A DNA stretch of 63,875 bases, the filler included. It is 5 parts of 5 records of this genome, joined end to end, with 100 filler letters (N's around TTAATTAATTAA, not from the genome) between each part and the next. Parts side by side here need not be neighbours in the genome. Positions count along the whole stretch, not along the records: positions 28,796 to 42,992 come from DRR378314_898; 4 more parts are not named here. One strand, given 5' to 3'. Of this stretch, positions 31,590-43,092 are shown in pieces. Made by a program: the position numbers and the translations under genes. The notes under the pieces are model-generated. The model made no database searches and was not told the origin of the DNA. It saw only the letters and a program-made list of their open reading frames with translations. Position 1 is the stretch's first letter; every line of letters begins with the position of its first letter.

Positions 31590-31640
31590 ACCATTTAGCG
31601 ATAAAAAGATAATTATATATTCTTTTGTAGAATATGACGC
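31590..31640 (+). promoter_or_regulatory. AT-rich candidate CysB/LysR-type site upstream of cysI
   Basis: TTAGCGATAAAAAGATAATTATATATTCTTTTGTAGAATA, about 75 bp before the ATG. The assignment is from context only. Confidence 0.35.
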
Positions 31641-31711
31641 CCGCGTTAAGGTGACGGCACATTACCGTCCGTCTCGACGTGACCATTTCGCTTTTAGCAG
31701 GATCGTGCCAC

Positions 31712-33370
31712 ATGTACCGTTATGATATTCACGACCAAACGTTGGTTGACGAGCGCGTCGCTCAGTTTCGTGACCAAATGGACCGCTACCGCGCCGGGCG
31801 TTTGGGAGAAGAAGAGTTTCGCCCGCTGCGACTCCAAAACGGCCTGTATATTCAGAAGCATGCGCCAATGCTGCGAATCGCCATCCCCTACGGCATGCTA
31901 GCGGGCAAGCAGCTTCGCGCGTTAGCGGAGATTACCCGCCGCTATGACCGTGGCTATGGCCACTTCACGACTCGGCAAAACTTGCAGCTGAACTGGCCCG
32001 CATTGGAAGACGTGCCTGATATTTTGGCAGACCTCGCCAAAGTACAAATGCACGCCATCCAAACCAGCGGCAACTGCATCCGCAATACCACCAGTGACCA
32101 GTTTGCCGGTATCGCGGGGGATGAAGTGGAAGACCCACGCCCTTGGTGTGAGCTAATTCGTCAGTGGTCAACCTTACATCCAGAGTTCGCCTACCTGCCA
32201 CGCAAATTTAAAATTGCCGTCAGCGGTGCCGCCCAAGATCGCGCAGCTATTCAAGTGCATGACATCGGCCTGCGGCTATGGCGTAACGAAGACGGTGACG
32301 TCCGCATTAAAGTGCTGGCAGGCGGGGGCCTTGGCCGCACACCGATGATTGGCGATGTGGTGCGCGAAGACCTTCCCTGGCAGCACCTCTTAACGTATCT
32401 AGAAGCATGTGTTCGCGTATACAACCAATTTGGTCGCCGCGATAACAAGTTTAAAGCACGTATTAAAATTCTCGTCAAAGCGCTCGGTATTGAAGAGTTT
32501 CGCCGCCGCGTTGACGAAGAGTGGGCGCATCTTAAAGATGGCCCGCAAACACTTAACCAAGCAGCGGTTGATGCGGCCAAGATTCACTTTCCTGAACCAG
32601 AGCGCCGTCCGGTTGCTGAGAGCGCCATTGCCGATTTCGAACAGCTACGCAGCGAAAATCGTAGTTTGGCCCGCTTTGTGACGAATAACGTCACCGACCA
32701 CAAGGTCCCTGGTTATAAAGCGGTGACGCTATCACTTAAGCGCCGCGAACACGCGCCTGGTGATGTCACAGCGGATCAAATGGAAGCCGTCGCCGACTTG
32801 GCCGATCGCTATAGCTTCGGTGAAGTGCGCGTGACCCACGAGCAAAACTTAGTGTTGTCTGACGTTCCCGTCGATGAGCTGGAAGCACTCTGGAAAGAGC
32901 TTGATGCACTGGGCATGGCCAATCCAACCGTAGGTACGCTGAACGATATTATCTGCTGCCCTGGCGGCGACTACTGTGGCTTGGCCAACGCGGTCTCTAT
33001 CCCCATCGCCCAAGCACTGCAGGAGCGGTTTGAAGACCTCGACTTCCTCTATGACCTCGGCCCGCTGGATCTGAATATTTCAGGCTGCATGAACGCCTGT
33101 GGGCATCACCACGTTGGCCACATCGGCATCCTCGGCGTCGACAAAAAAGGCGAAGAGTACTACCAAATCTCGATTGGTGGTAACTCAACTGACGATGCCT
33201 CGTTAGGTAAAATCCTAGGGCCCTCTTTCTACCGCGAAGACGTGCCGGACGTTGTCGATAAGGTACTGCAAGTCTATGTGGCCGAACGTCACGCAGACGA
33301 GCGGTTCCTCGACACCTATCGCCGTATTGGCTTAAAACCCTTTAAGGAGCGTGTTTATGCCCAGCAATGA
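31712..33370 (+). CDS. cysI: Sulfite reductase hemoprotein (nitrite/sulfite reductase family)
   Basis: RLQNGLY, TTRQN, LPRKFKIA, CPGGDYC and SGCMNACG siroheme/[4Fe-4S] motifs. Confidence 0.93.
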   Translation: MYRYDIHDQTLVDERVAQFRDQMDRYRAGRLGEEEFRPLRLQNGLYIQKHAPMLRIAIPYGMLAGKQLRALAEITRRYDRGYGHFTTRQNLQLNWPALEDVPDILADLAKVQMHAIQTSGNCIRNTTSDQFAGIAGDEVEDPRPWCELIRQWSTLHPEFAYLPRKFKIAVSGAAQDRAAIQVHDIGLRLWRNEDGDVRIKVLAGGGLGRTPMIGDVVREDLPWQHLLTYLEACVRVYNQFGRRDNKFKARIKILVKALGIEEFRRRVDEEWAHLKDGPQTLNQAAVDAAKIHFPEPERRPVAESAIADFEQLRSENRSLARFVTNNVTDHKVPGYKAVTLSLKRREHAPGDVTADQMEAVADLADRYSFGEVRVTHEQNLVLSDVPVDELEALWKELDALGMANPTVGTLNDIICCPGGDYCGLANAVSIPIAQALQERFEDLDFLYDLGPLDLNISGCMNACGHHHVGHIGILGVDKKGEEYYQISIGGNSTDDASLGKILGPSFYREDVPDVVDKVLQVYVAERHADERFLDTYRRIGLKPFKERVYAQQ

Positions 33371-33902
33371 CACTCAGACTGACGCGGTTGAGCTCACGCC
33401 AGTACATGTCGACCATCTGATCGCTGATGGTGAACTGGCAGCAGAGAATGCGTGGTGTGTGTCCTATGACGCAGACACGCTCCCTGAACAGCGTCCCGCC
33501 TTTGTGCCGCTGGCACTCTGGCAAGCGAACCAGGACGATGCCGAGCTAGCACCGCTGCTTTCAAGTGATACCGAGTTAACCACGGAGCTTGGCCAGCAGC
33601 TAAGCAGTACCAGTGCGATTGCCATCGATTTCCCGGCATTTACGGATGGGCGTGGCTACACGCTTGCTCGTTTGCTTCGCGAACGCTACGGCTATACCGG
33701 TGAAGTACGTGCAGTCGGTGATGTGTTGGTCGACCAGTTGGATTACATGCGCCGCTGTGGCTTTACCGCCATGGCTCTGCGTGATGATCAGCATCCAGAC
33801 GACGCTATCCGTGCGTTGAATATGTTTAGTGTTCGCTACCAAACCGATGTTGAGCAGCGTCAAGCATTGTTCGAACGCCGCCTGGCGGACAGCAAGCAGT
33901 AA
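33357..33902 (+). CDS. DUF934 protein (commonly found with cysI)
   Basis: FPAFTDGRGYTLARLLRERYGYTGEVRAVGDVLVDQ motif; overlaps the cysI stop. Confidence 0.9.
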   Translation: MPSNDTQTDAVELTPVHVDHLIADGELAAENAWCVSYDADTLPEQRPAFVPLALWQANQDDAELAPLLSSDTELTTELGQQLSSTSAIAIDFPAFTDGRGYTLARLLRERYGYTGEVRAVGDVLVDQLDYMRRCGFTAMALRDDQHPDDAIRALNMFSVRYQTDVEQRQALFERRLADSKQ

Positions 33903-33955
33903 CCGCAAACGATATCGAGATAGACGTAGAAAGATAGAAGTAGAGATAGAAACAG

Positions 33956-33983
33956 AAAGGGCAGCTTCTCGGCTGCCCTTTTT
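33956..33983 (+). terminator. Rho-independent terminator, probably bidirectional
   Basis: AAAGGGCAGC-ttctcg-GCTGCCCTTTTT between convergent genes. Confidence 0.85.
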
Positions 33984-34018
33984 GTTTGATAAACAATTAC
34001 TCGATAAACAATGGCAGG

Positions 34019-34609
34019 CTATCCGCGACGTTTTTGCTGGCGCTCACGGTTGTTAGCTTTGGCACGGTCACTTTTACGTAGCATTACCCAGGTGGCACCA
34101 AGGCCACCCTCCGCAGGCTGCGCAGAAATATAAGCCTGCACTTCGTCGAACTGGGTAAGCCATTTAGCTAGATAGGAACGCAGGACATTCGCAGGACTAT
34201 CTATTTCTCGACCTCTCCCATGCACAATGAGCACAGAGCGAAGGTCGTGGAGGTAAGCTTCTTGAATAAACGGGAACAGCATTCTGCGGCACTCTGCCAA
34301 CGGCCGCCGTAGCAGATGTAGTTGAGCCTGAACACTGTAACCACCATGCTTCAGTTTATCGACCACTCCTTGCTGAATACCCTCCCGGCGGTATTCAATC
34401 GGATCAAAGGGCGGCAACAAGTCGACAAAATCATCAGATAAGAAATTACGCTCTTCCAGACGCTGCTCAGCACTTTCACGACGAGCAAGCTGGGCCTCTG
34501 TAGGCCGCTGGCGCTGGGTACCTGTATCTGCGCGGTTATGCTTGGGTAACGGCTTTACATCGCCGACCAACGCACTGAAATCCATCTCATCACGAAGTGA
34601 TTGATTCAT
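34019..34609 (-). CDS. smrA: Smr-domain endonuclease SmrA
   Basis: IVHGRG and GGLGATWVMLRKS...NRER motifs; LHLLRRPLAECRR resembles YdaL/SmrA. Confidence 0.85.
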   Translation of the reverse strand: MNQSLRDEMDFSALVGDVKPLPKHNRADTGTQRQRPTEAQLARRESAEQRLEERNFLSDDFVDLLPPFDPIEYRREGIQQGVVDKLKHGGYSVQAQLHLLRRPLAECRRMLFPFIQEAYLHDLRSVLIVHGRGREIDSPANVLRSYLAKWLTQFDEVQAYISAQPAEGGLGATWVMLRKSDRAKANNRERQQKRRG

Positions 34610-34730
34610 TACAGGCTCCTCTGACAGGGTCTAATGCCTCTATCCTAGCAAACCCGCCGACATTGCTTAAGACTTGTTTTCATTAACATCTAACGCCACG
34701 CTGATAGCCAACATTATCAAAGGAGTGGGC

Positions 34731-36264
<1,534 letters not shown>

Positions 36265-36293
36265 GCTTAGCTACCCCCTGCTTGCTAAAAACA

Positions 36294-36986
36294 TCAGTAG
36301 GGATAAAACCACAGCCAGCCACAAACGCCCGCCGCAACTAAAAAAGCACCTAGCGCAAACAGGCGACGCTTAGTTCGGTGGGCAGGTTTTATATCAATCG
36401 GTTCACTATTGAAACGTTTGATTCCCGTCACCATCGCCGCGACTAAGTTTTCTCCTTGCAGAGCATGCACAACGATGCCCGCAACATGGATTGCTATCAG
36501 GATAAGCAGCACATCACTATTGAGTGAATGCAAACTGGCTAGCTCGCCACTTATGTCTCGGCCCAACAAACCGTAAAGCGGGCCCTGAAAGAAGATATCG
36601 TCACTCAAAAACAGTCCACTGACTGCCTGAAAACTCAGTGAGAGCAGCAAAAGAACGACCATCCAACCACCCAGGGGGTTGTGGCTCGCGTAGCGAGGTG
36701 CACGTCGCTTCAGCAGTGCATTTGCATAAATTGCCGTATCTTTTGGCCCATAGATAAACGCACTAAAGCGGGCATAGGCAGGGCCTGAGACGCCCCATAT
36801 CACGCGAAATATCAATAAACCAATAATGAGGTAGCCTGCTTGGGCATGAGCCTCAATCGGAAACAAAAACGGTACACCATCGGTTTTCGCGGTGTAAAAC
36901 GAAATGATCACCGCTGCCAGCAGACACCAATGGAATAAGCGTACAAAGACGTCCCAAACGGCCAGCTGTTTTCTTTCATTCTGCAT
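36294..36986 (-). CDS. Cytochrome b/b6-domain protein (Ni/Fe-hydrogenase cyt b-like)
   Basis: VWDVFVRLFHW, HNPLGG and ENLVAAMVTG motifs, with heme-ligating His residues. Confidence 0.87.
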   Translation of the reverse strand: MQNERKQLAVWDVFVRLFHWCLLAAVIISFYTAKTDGVPFLFPIEAHAQAGYLIIGLLIFRVIWGVSGPAYARFSAFIYGPKDTAIYANALLKRRAPRYASHNPLGGWMVVLLLLSLSFQAVSGLFLSDDIFFQGPLYGLLGRDISGELASLHSLNSDVLLILIAIHVAGIVVHALQGENLVAAMVTGIKRFNSEPIDIKPAHRTKRRLFALGAFLVAAGVCGWLWFYPY

Positions 36987-37223
36987 TACGTTGCCCTTTA
37001 TCTTCTATTCATACATTTTCTCATTTCTTCAATGTTTCTGATATAACGCATTACAGAGCACAGTCGACGCGTTATACAATCAAGCAACTTTGCATTACCC
37101 GTAACGCCATCAACCTCTCGGCTGGGCTTCTAAATAGAGCTTGTCAGCAAAGCTTAGAGACAGGGCTTGAGCTTTACCGAAAGACCAGCGACCATGAACA
37201 AAATTTAAAGGGAGCAGTATTCA

Positions 37224-37868
37224 ATGACACGCAATATAGCTGACATTAGGCGCGATTATGAAGGTGGCCGCCTTGATGAAGCCCAAGCCCCCGACAATCC
37301 CTTTGTGCTGTTTGATGAGTGGTTTAGCCTAGCGCTGGAAGCAGAAGGACAAGACGGTAACGCAATGACCCTTGCTACGGTAGACAGTCAGGGGCGCCCT
37401 CATGCCCGTGTCGTTCTGCTCAAGGGGTTTGACGAGCAAGGCATGGTGTTTTTCACCAACTACCATAGCCACAAAGGTAGCGAGCTGAGCAACGTACCTT
37501 TTGCTGCCATCACCTTTTGGTGGCCTTCGCTGTCACGGCAAGTGCGCATCGAAGGTCCCGTAGAACAAGTGGCACAAGAAGAGTCTGATGAATACTTCTC
37601 GAGTCGACCACGTGGTAGCCAGTTGGGTGCCTGGATTGCTACCCAAAGCGTTGTGATCCCTGATCGCAATTGGATTGAAGAGCGGCAAAAACGCTTTGAA
37701 CAAGCCTACGAAGGACAAGATATTCCACGTCCGAATCACTGGGGTGGCTATCGAGTTAATCCTGAAATGATTGAGTTCTGGCAGGGGCAACCCAGTCGTC
37801 TTCACGACCGCCTACGCTTTGAACGGCGTGACGGCGGCGATTGGAGCCGCTTCCGCTTAGCTCCTTAA
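37224..37868 (+). CDS. pdxH: Pyridoxamine 5'-phosphate oxidase
   Basis: RVVLLK, RQVRIEG and EFWQGQPSRLHDR motifs. Confidence 0.97.
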   Translation: MTRNIADIRRDYEGGRLDEAQAPDNPFVLFDEWFSLALEAEGQDGNAMTLATVDSQGRPHARVVLLKGFDEQGMVFFTNYHSHKGSELSNVPFAAITFWWPSLSRQVRIEGPVEQVAQEESDEYFSSRPRGSQLGAWIATQSVVIPDRNWIEERQKRFEQAYEGQDIPRPNHWGGYRVNPEMIEFWQGQPSRLHDRLRFERRDGGDWSRFRLAP

Positions 37869-37938
37869 TTAAGAAATTCATTAATTTAGTGATTTCTTAA
37901 TTTATAGATTATCTTCACTCACTTTTACCCATCCCATG

Positions 37939-37971
37939 AATGAGCCTGCCTCTTTTGAGGCAGGCTCATTT
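37939..37971. terminator. Bidirectional Rho-independent terminator
   Basis: Perfect 14-bp stem AATGAGCCTGCCTC-tttt-GAGGCAGGCTCATT between convergent pdxH and pat. Confidence 0.88.
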
Positions 37972-37985
37972 GTGTCAGCAATAGC

Positions 37986-40733
37986 CTAGTCAGGCTGACT
38001 CTCCAACCGGTGACGCTGCCATTCGCTTTCAGGCTCGTTCAACCTGAGCACAGCATCAATCACCTGCTCTTCCATGTTGTAGCGACATCTAAAGCCCAAG
38101 TGCTTCATCAAGGCGCGCATAGGATGGTTATCTACCATAATTTTGCCGATCATTTCGAGCGTGCCAATGTTGGTGCAGTAATCGATCATCTTGTTCATTA
38201 ACAGGCTACCAATACCCAGCCCCTGCAAGTCGTCACGGATAATGACCGAAAATTCCGTGCGAATATTATCGGGATCATTCCATACCCGAACGACACCCAA
38301 CATCTCTTTACTCCCGTCATCGTGCTGATGTTCGGCAATAAAGGCCATCTGTCGGTCGTAGTTGATATGCGACAGAATCGACAAATCACGCTGGGTTAGG
38401 TTGGATTTATTGTGGAAATAACGAAAACGAATGCTCTCCTCTGATAACTGTCGGTGGAACGTCGTAATCAGAGGCGCATCTTCCGCGCGGATGGGGCGAA
38501 CCTCTACCCGCCATCCATTTGTCAGCGTTACCCATTCACGTAGCTCTTCAGGGTAAGGCATGATGGCAAAACGCGCCGGCGGCCCTAAATCCATGGCAAA
38601 ATCCACTGCTAACATCCCATCACGATTCAGCAGCAAAGGATTGAGTTCAAGCCCCCTCAAGTCGCCCAAGTCAGAAGCCATTTGGGATAGCTTGACCAAC
38701 AGTTGGCAGAGCCGCTGGATATCTCGTTCGGGGTCGGCCGAATGCTCGCGAATCAATGAAGCCGCATGGGTCCTGCCCACCACGTCAGCGGCCAAACTCA
38801 TATTCAGTGGTGGTAGCGCAATCTGACGATCCGCTAGCACGTTCACTTTATAGCCACCTATCCCGAAAACAATCAGCGGACCGAATACAGGGTCACGAGT
38901 GATCCCGGCACAGATCTGCATTGAGTGTTTACCACGCTGCATTGGCTGCAAACAGTATTCGCGAATAGCATATTCAGGGAATTTCTCGCGCACTTTATCG
39001 CCTAGCTGACGGATCCCTTCGGCCACTTGCTCCGGCGTTTCTAAATCTTGCAGTAGGCCCGCAGATATTTTGTGGGGGTGTTTACGGTAGCGATAAGGGC
39101 GGCAATTGCCCTCGTGAATGACTTTTAGCGCCTTAGGACCTGGGAAATGATCCGCCATCGCTAAGGCATCTTCCGGATTAGCCAAATAGACACTAGGTGC
39201 GGCAGGAATGCCATAGGCTTCTAGCACTTGGGCCGTTTCGGAATGGGTCAACGTTTGTCGCCCCTCCGCTTTGGCATTTTTAATCAGCGCGCGACACTCC
39301 GCACGAATCTCTGCGCTGGTGGAAAAAGGTAAGCTAGGCGGAATTTCATGCAGCAGCGCCTGAACACGCTGATAGTCCACCATATGCATAAATGCTTTCA
39401 CTGCCTTTTCCGGCGATGTATAGGTGGGTATACCCGCCAAATTGGACACATGCCTAGCATTCAGGGCTTCCTTCAGCCCCATCCAACTCGTTAGTAAGTT
39501 ACGTTTAAATGTCTTTCGATGATCAATCAGCGCCTGAGCGGTGGCCAATGAAGGCGCTAAACGAGTAGGCGCGTGAACCACCAGTACGGCATCCACATTT
39601 GGATCGGCAGTGACAATTTTTAGCGCTTCTACAAAACGCTCTGGCGTCGCGTTGCCGCCTAAATCCACTGGGTTCTCACCGGGTTTGCTCATATCTACCT
39701 GGCTTTTATGCAGCACCCGCTGGGTCTCTTCGCTAAACTCCGCCAGTTTACCGCCCGCACTTATCAGTTTATCGATCGCCAGCATGGCAGGCCCTAAGCC
39801 ATTGGACACAATAGCCAATCGGTCGCCGCGAAGCGGCTTCATGCGCGATAAGGTTTCCAGCGCATCCAGCAATTCATCGTAATCATTGACGCGAACAACG
39901 CCCGCCCGGGCAAAGGCCGCGTCAAACACCACATCACGATTAGCAATACCTGGTGTGGGGGCCATACCTGAAATATCAGACTGCGGCGTTCGCCCACTCT
40001 TGATGGCGACGACCAAGCGGTTACGCGATGCATCACGCACGGAGGTCATAAAGTGCTGAGCATCCATCACACGCTCAAGGTGCAGCAGAATCGCTTGCGC
40101 TGGGGAAAACTGATTCACATAATCAATCAAATCTGGCAATAGAACATCAACACTGTCACCGACCGTGATCAAGTGTGAAAAACCAACATCGCGGCCTGCA
40201 GCCCAATCGATCATGGCATTTGCCAACATGCCCGATTGCCCTAAATAGGCCACTTTGCCCGCTTGAACTGGCTGGCTGGCATAGGAAGCATTCAGTTTCT
40301 TCCCAGGCACAATCAGCCCCATGCACTCGGGCCCTAGCACCCGGATACCCGACTCTATCGCCGACTGCAACATACGTTGCCGGATTGAGCCTTTGTTGCC
40401 CGTCTCACGATCAAGGTAGGCACCGCCGGAAAGCACCAAAGCAGCTTTTACACCAAACTGCCCAAGTTTTTTGATAAGACTAGGAACACCATCGATTGGG
40501 GAACAGATAACCGCTAAATCAGGGATTTCTGGCAGTTCATTCACGGTGCGGACGCAATCCACGCCGAAGACTGTGTCATATCCTTTCAGATTGACCGCCC
40601 ATATTTTCCCCCTAAAACCGCCCTCTTGGAGGTTACTGAGCACTAAACCACCCAACGAGGCTGGCTTTTCAGAGGCACCGAACACGGCCACTGTGCGCGG
40701 TTCGAAAAAATGATGCAAAAAACGTGTGCTCAC
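37986..40733 (-). CDS. Pat/PatZ-type protein lysine acetyltransferase (acyl-CoA ligase-like domain + ATP-grasp + GNAT)
   Basis: FFEPRTVAVFGAS, NPVDLGG and ELNPL motifs, then PYP...RPIRAED...QGLGIG GNAT. GTG start at 40733. Confidence 0.9.
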   Translation of the reverse strand: MSTRFLHHFFEPRTVAVFGASEKPASLGGLVLSNLQEGGFRGKIWAVNLKGYDTVFGVDCVRTVNELPEIPDLAVICSPIDGVPSLIKKLGQFGVKAALVLSGGAYLDRETGNKGSIRQRMLQSAIESGIRVLGPECMGLIVPGKKLNASYASQPVQAGKVAYLGQSGMLANAMIDWAAGRDVGFSHLITVGDSVDVLLPDLIDYVNQFSPAQAILLHLERVMDAQHFMTSVRDASRNRLVVAIKSGRTPQSDISGMAPTPGIANRDVVFDAAFARAGVVRVNDYDELLDALETLSRMKPLRGDRLAIVSNGLGPAMLAIDKLISAGGKLAEFSEETQRVLHKSQVDMSKPGENPVDLGGNATPERFVEALKIVTADPNVDAVLVVHAPTRLAPSLATAQALIDHRKTFKRNLLTSWMGLKEALNARHVSNLAGIPTYTSPEKAVKAFMHMVDYQRVQALLHEIPPSLPFSTSAEIRAECRALIKNAKAEGRQTLTHSETAQVLEAYGIPAAPSVYLANPEDALAMADHFPGPKALKVIHEGNCRPYRYRKHPHKISAGLLQDLETPEQVAEGIRQLGDKVREKFPEYAIREYCLQPMQRGKHSMQICAGITRDPVFGPLIVFGIGGYKVNVLADRQIALPPLNMSLAADVVGRTHAASLIREHSADPERDIQRLCQLLVKLSQMASDLGDLRGLELNPLLLNRDGMLAVDFAMDLGPPARFAIMPYPEELREWVTLTNGWRVEVRPIRAEDAPLITTFHRQLSEESIRFRYFHNKSNLTQRDLSILSHINYDRQMAFIAEHQHDDGSKEMLGVVRVWNDPDNIRTEFSVIIRDDLQGLGIGSLLMNKMIDYCTNIGTLEMIGKIMVDNHPMRALMKHLGFRCRYNMEEQVIDAVLRLNEPESEWQRHRLESQPD

Positions 40734-40839
40734 GAATGCGTCTCCCCTGAAATTAATAACCACTGTGTACGACTTATTGACACTGTCGCGCAAGCCCCTG
40801 AGACGATTAAGGTGGCGATATTGTCTTCGGAGCGCTTGC

Positions 40840-41781
40840 ATGATTACTGCCTACCTTACTCACCCAGACTGCGCATTGCACCATATGGGGCCTGAGCACC
40901 CTGAAAGCCCTCAACGGCTTGAAGCGATTCGTGTGCGCCTATCTCTAGCAGGCCTTCTTCAACAAACCATGCAGGCGGATGCCAAAGAGGCGTGTGACGA
41001 GGCATTAGCAAGAGTGCACCCAACAAGGCACCTTAATGCGTTAGCAAAGTGCCTGCCGAAAGAAGGCATCGTTACACTCGATAGCGACACAATGATGAAC
41101 CCCGATAGCCTAAAAGCGGCGAGAGTGGCCGCGGGAGCCGTCATTCGCGGAGTTGATCAAGTGTTTAAGCGCCAAGCTGACAACGTATTTTGCGCAGTAC
41201 GGCCGCCAGGGCATCATGCAGAAGCGGCTGATGCGATGGGGTTTTGTTTCTATAACAACATTGCCGTCGGTGCGGCCCATGCAAAAGCAAAATATGGTGC
41301 TAAACGCATCGCAATACTCGATTTTGATGTTCATCAATGCAACGGCACGATTGATATCTTCAAAAATGATCCAGAGGTACTGGTGTGCACGAGCTTCCAG
41401 TATCCGTTTTACCCATGGCGATATTTACGCAGTGAATGGCAAAATGTGGTCAATACGCCGCTGGAAGTAGGCACTGATAGTAAAGAGTTTAGACGCATTA
41501 TCGAACGACAGTGGCTTCCCGCTCTCCATGCGTTCAAACCAGACTTAGTCATGCTTTCTGCAGGCTTTGATGCTCATCGCGACGACCCTATGGGAGACAT
41601 CTGTTTAGAAGATGAGGATTTTTATTGGATAACCCACTTAGCAATGGAGATTGCAGCCCTCTATGCAGAAAACCGAGTAGTTTCAGTACTTGAGGGGGGG
41701 TATAACCCGAAAACGCTCGCTAGCGGTGCAGAAGCTCACTTAAAAGCGCTATTGGGTTTGCCCTTTACGGATGTTCCATGA
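40840..41781 (+). CDS. Zn-dependent histone deacetylase-family protein
   Basis: HPESPQRL, RPPGHHA, GFCFYNN, DFDVH, SAGFDAH and LEGGY motifs. Confidence 0.93.
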   Translation: MITAYLTHPDCALHHMGPEHPESPQRLEAIRVRLSLAGLLQQTMQADAKEACDEALARVHPTRHLNALAKCLPKEGIVTLDSDTMMNPDSLKAARVAAGAVIRGVDQVFKRQADNVFCAVRPPGHHAEAADAMGFCFYNNIAVGAAHAKAKYGAKRIAILDFDVHQCNGTIDIFKNDPEVLVCTSFQYPFYPWRYLRSEWQNVVNTPLEVGTDSKEFRRIIERQWLPALHAFKPDLVMLSAGFDAHRDDPMGDICLEDEDFYWITHLAMEIAALYAENRVVSVLEGGYNPKTLASGAEAHLKALLGLPFTDVP

Positions 41782-41883
41782 CGTATGCCACTCACTATTG
41801 TGAAACGTCATGCGACGGCGACCTTGATACAGAGCGTCTGTGATAACATGCGGTTTTATTGACGTTTACTCACGTGGCTTTTT

Positions 41884-42516
41884 ATGACCGCTACTACTGA
41901 AGAGCATGCTGCGCTGCGCATAGCCTCTGGGCGAAAGCCCTTTGTCGAACCTTTACGCCTGGGGGAACGTTTAAAACAGATTCGCCTTGCTAACCAGTGG
42001 ACATTGGAAGACGTCAGCCAGCGCACAGGCTTAGCACGTTCAACACTCTCCAAGATCGAAAATGACCAAGTGTCGCCTACGTTCAGTGTGGTTCAAAAAC
42101 TTATTACCGGCCTGAACATCGACCTGCCCCAGCTATTTACGCCGCCGAAGCGTGAGCGCTATACCATGGGGCGTAGAGATCTTACCCGTAAGGGCAAGGG
42201 CCAAGTGCACCCTACCCCTACCTACGAGCATGAGCTGCTCGGACATCAGCTTGCTCAAAAGCGCATGATTCCTTTCAAGACCATTGTTAGAGCACGCAGC
42301 TTTGATGAGTACCATCAGTGGGTTCGACACGACGGTGAAGAGTTTTTGATGATTTTAGAAGGCGATATTTTGTTATACACAGAATTTTATGCGCCACTCA
42401 TGCTCGCCGAAGGCGATAGTATTTATTTTGATAGCGACATGGGGCACGCCCTGGTTTCTACCAGCCCAGAAGATGCGGTCGTGCTTTCTGTTTGCACACG
42501 GGGCGACTCGGTCTAA
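41884..42516 (+). CDS. XRE-family HTH regulator with C-terminal cupin
   Basis: WTLEDVSQRTGLARSTLSKIEN HTH; HDGEEF and GDSIYFDS cupin motifs. Confidence 0.9.
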   Translation: MTATTEEHAALRIASGRKPFVEPLRLGERLKQIRLANQWTLEDVSQRTGLARSTLSKIENDQVSPTFSVVQKLITGLNIDLPQLFTPPKRERYTMGRRDLTRKGKGQVHPTPTYEHELLGHQLAQKRMIPFKTIVRARSFDEYHQWVRHDGEEFLMILEGDILLYTEFYAPLMLAEGDSIYFDSDMGHALVSTSPEDAVVLSVCTRGDSV

Positions 42517-42556
42517 CGCCCAGATTTCGTATCGCTCAAAATAACCGCAAAAATAG

Positions 42557-42907
42557 CTATAAACAGTTTGTGGGCTTAGGAAGGCCAGCGATGCGAGCAA
42601 TACGCTTTGGTGGACTCCCCGGAAACAGCGTCATTAAATAAATCGAATTCCCCTTCTCATCACCCAGCGCCTGTTTTGTGGCTTTCACTAAGGGCCGCAT
42701 TGCGGGTGCCATTTCATATCGAGTATAAAACTCGCGCACCAGCTGAATAATTTCCCAGTGTTTTTCTGTAAGAGTTAACCCTTCATCCTCAGCGAGCAAC
42801 TGAGCAACCTCATCGCTCCACTGATCCTGCTTAACTAGATACCCCTCAGGATCTAGTTGGATCTTTTGCGACGAATCAAGATAACGGTATAAACTTTGAT
42901 TACTCAT
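42557..42907 (-). CDS. tusE: TusE/DsrC sulfur-relay protein
   Basis: LDPEGYL, LTEKHW and LFPGSPPK...AGLPKPTNCL, with a single C-terminal Cys. Confidence 0.92.
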   Translation of the reverse strand: MSNQSLYRYLDSSQKIQLDPEGYLVKQDQWSDEVAQLLAEDEGLTLTEKHWEIIQLVREFYTRYEMAPAMRPLVKATKQALGDEKGNSIYLMTLFPGSPPKRIARIAGLPKPTNCL

Positions 42908-42909
42908 AT

Positions 42910-42992
42910 TCAATACCAGGAAATGATCTTTTCATTTTGCTCGGTCAACTTAATAAAGCCGTCCATTTCTATCAAAGGCAGCCCATGGCTGG
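42910..42992 (-). CDS. 3' end of TusB/DsrH (5' truncated)
   Basis: Manual translation ...IEMDGFIKLTEQNEKIISWY* fits the DsrH/TusB C-terminus and lies directly upstream of tusE. Confidence 0.65.
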
Positions 42993-43092
42993 NNNNNNNN
43001 NNNNNNNNNNNNNNNNNNNNNNNNNNNNNNNNNNNNTTAATTAATTAANNNNNNNNNNNNNNNNNNNNNNNNNNNNNNNNNNNNNNNNNNNN
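42993..43092. other. Artificial contig spacer
   Basis: 44 N + TTAATTAATTAA + 44 N. Confidence 0.99.

Noticed and set aside
34019..34609. Smr domain lacking the DLH motif as a novelty
   Set aside because: As I recall, E. coli SmrA/YdaL has the same degeneration, so this is a family trait.
42557..42992. DsrC/DsrH as evidence of dissimilatory sulfur metabolism
   Set aside because: The single C-terminal Cys and the lack of dsrAB in view fit housekeeping TusBE tRNA thiolation.
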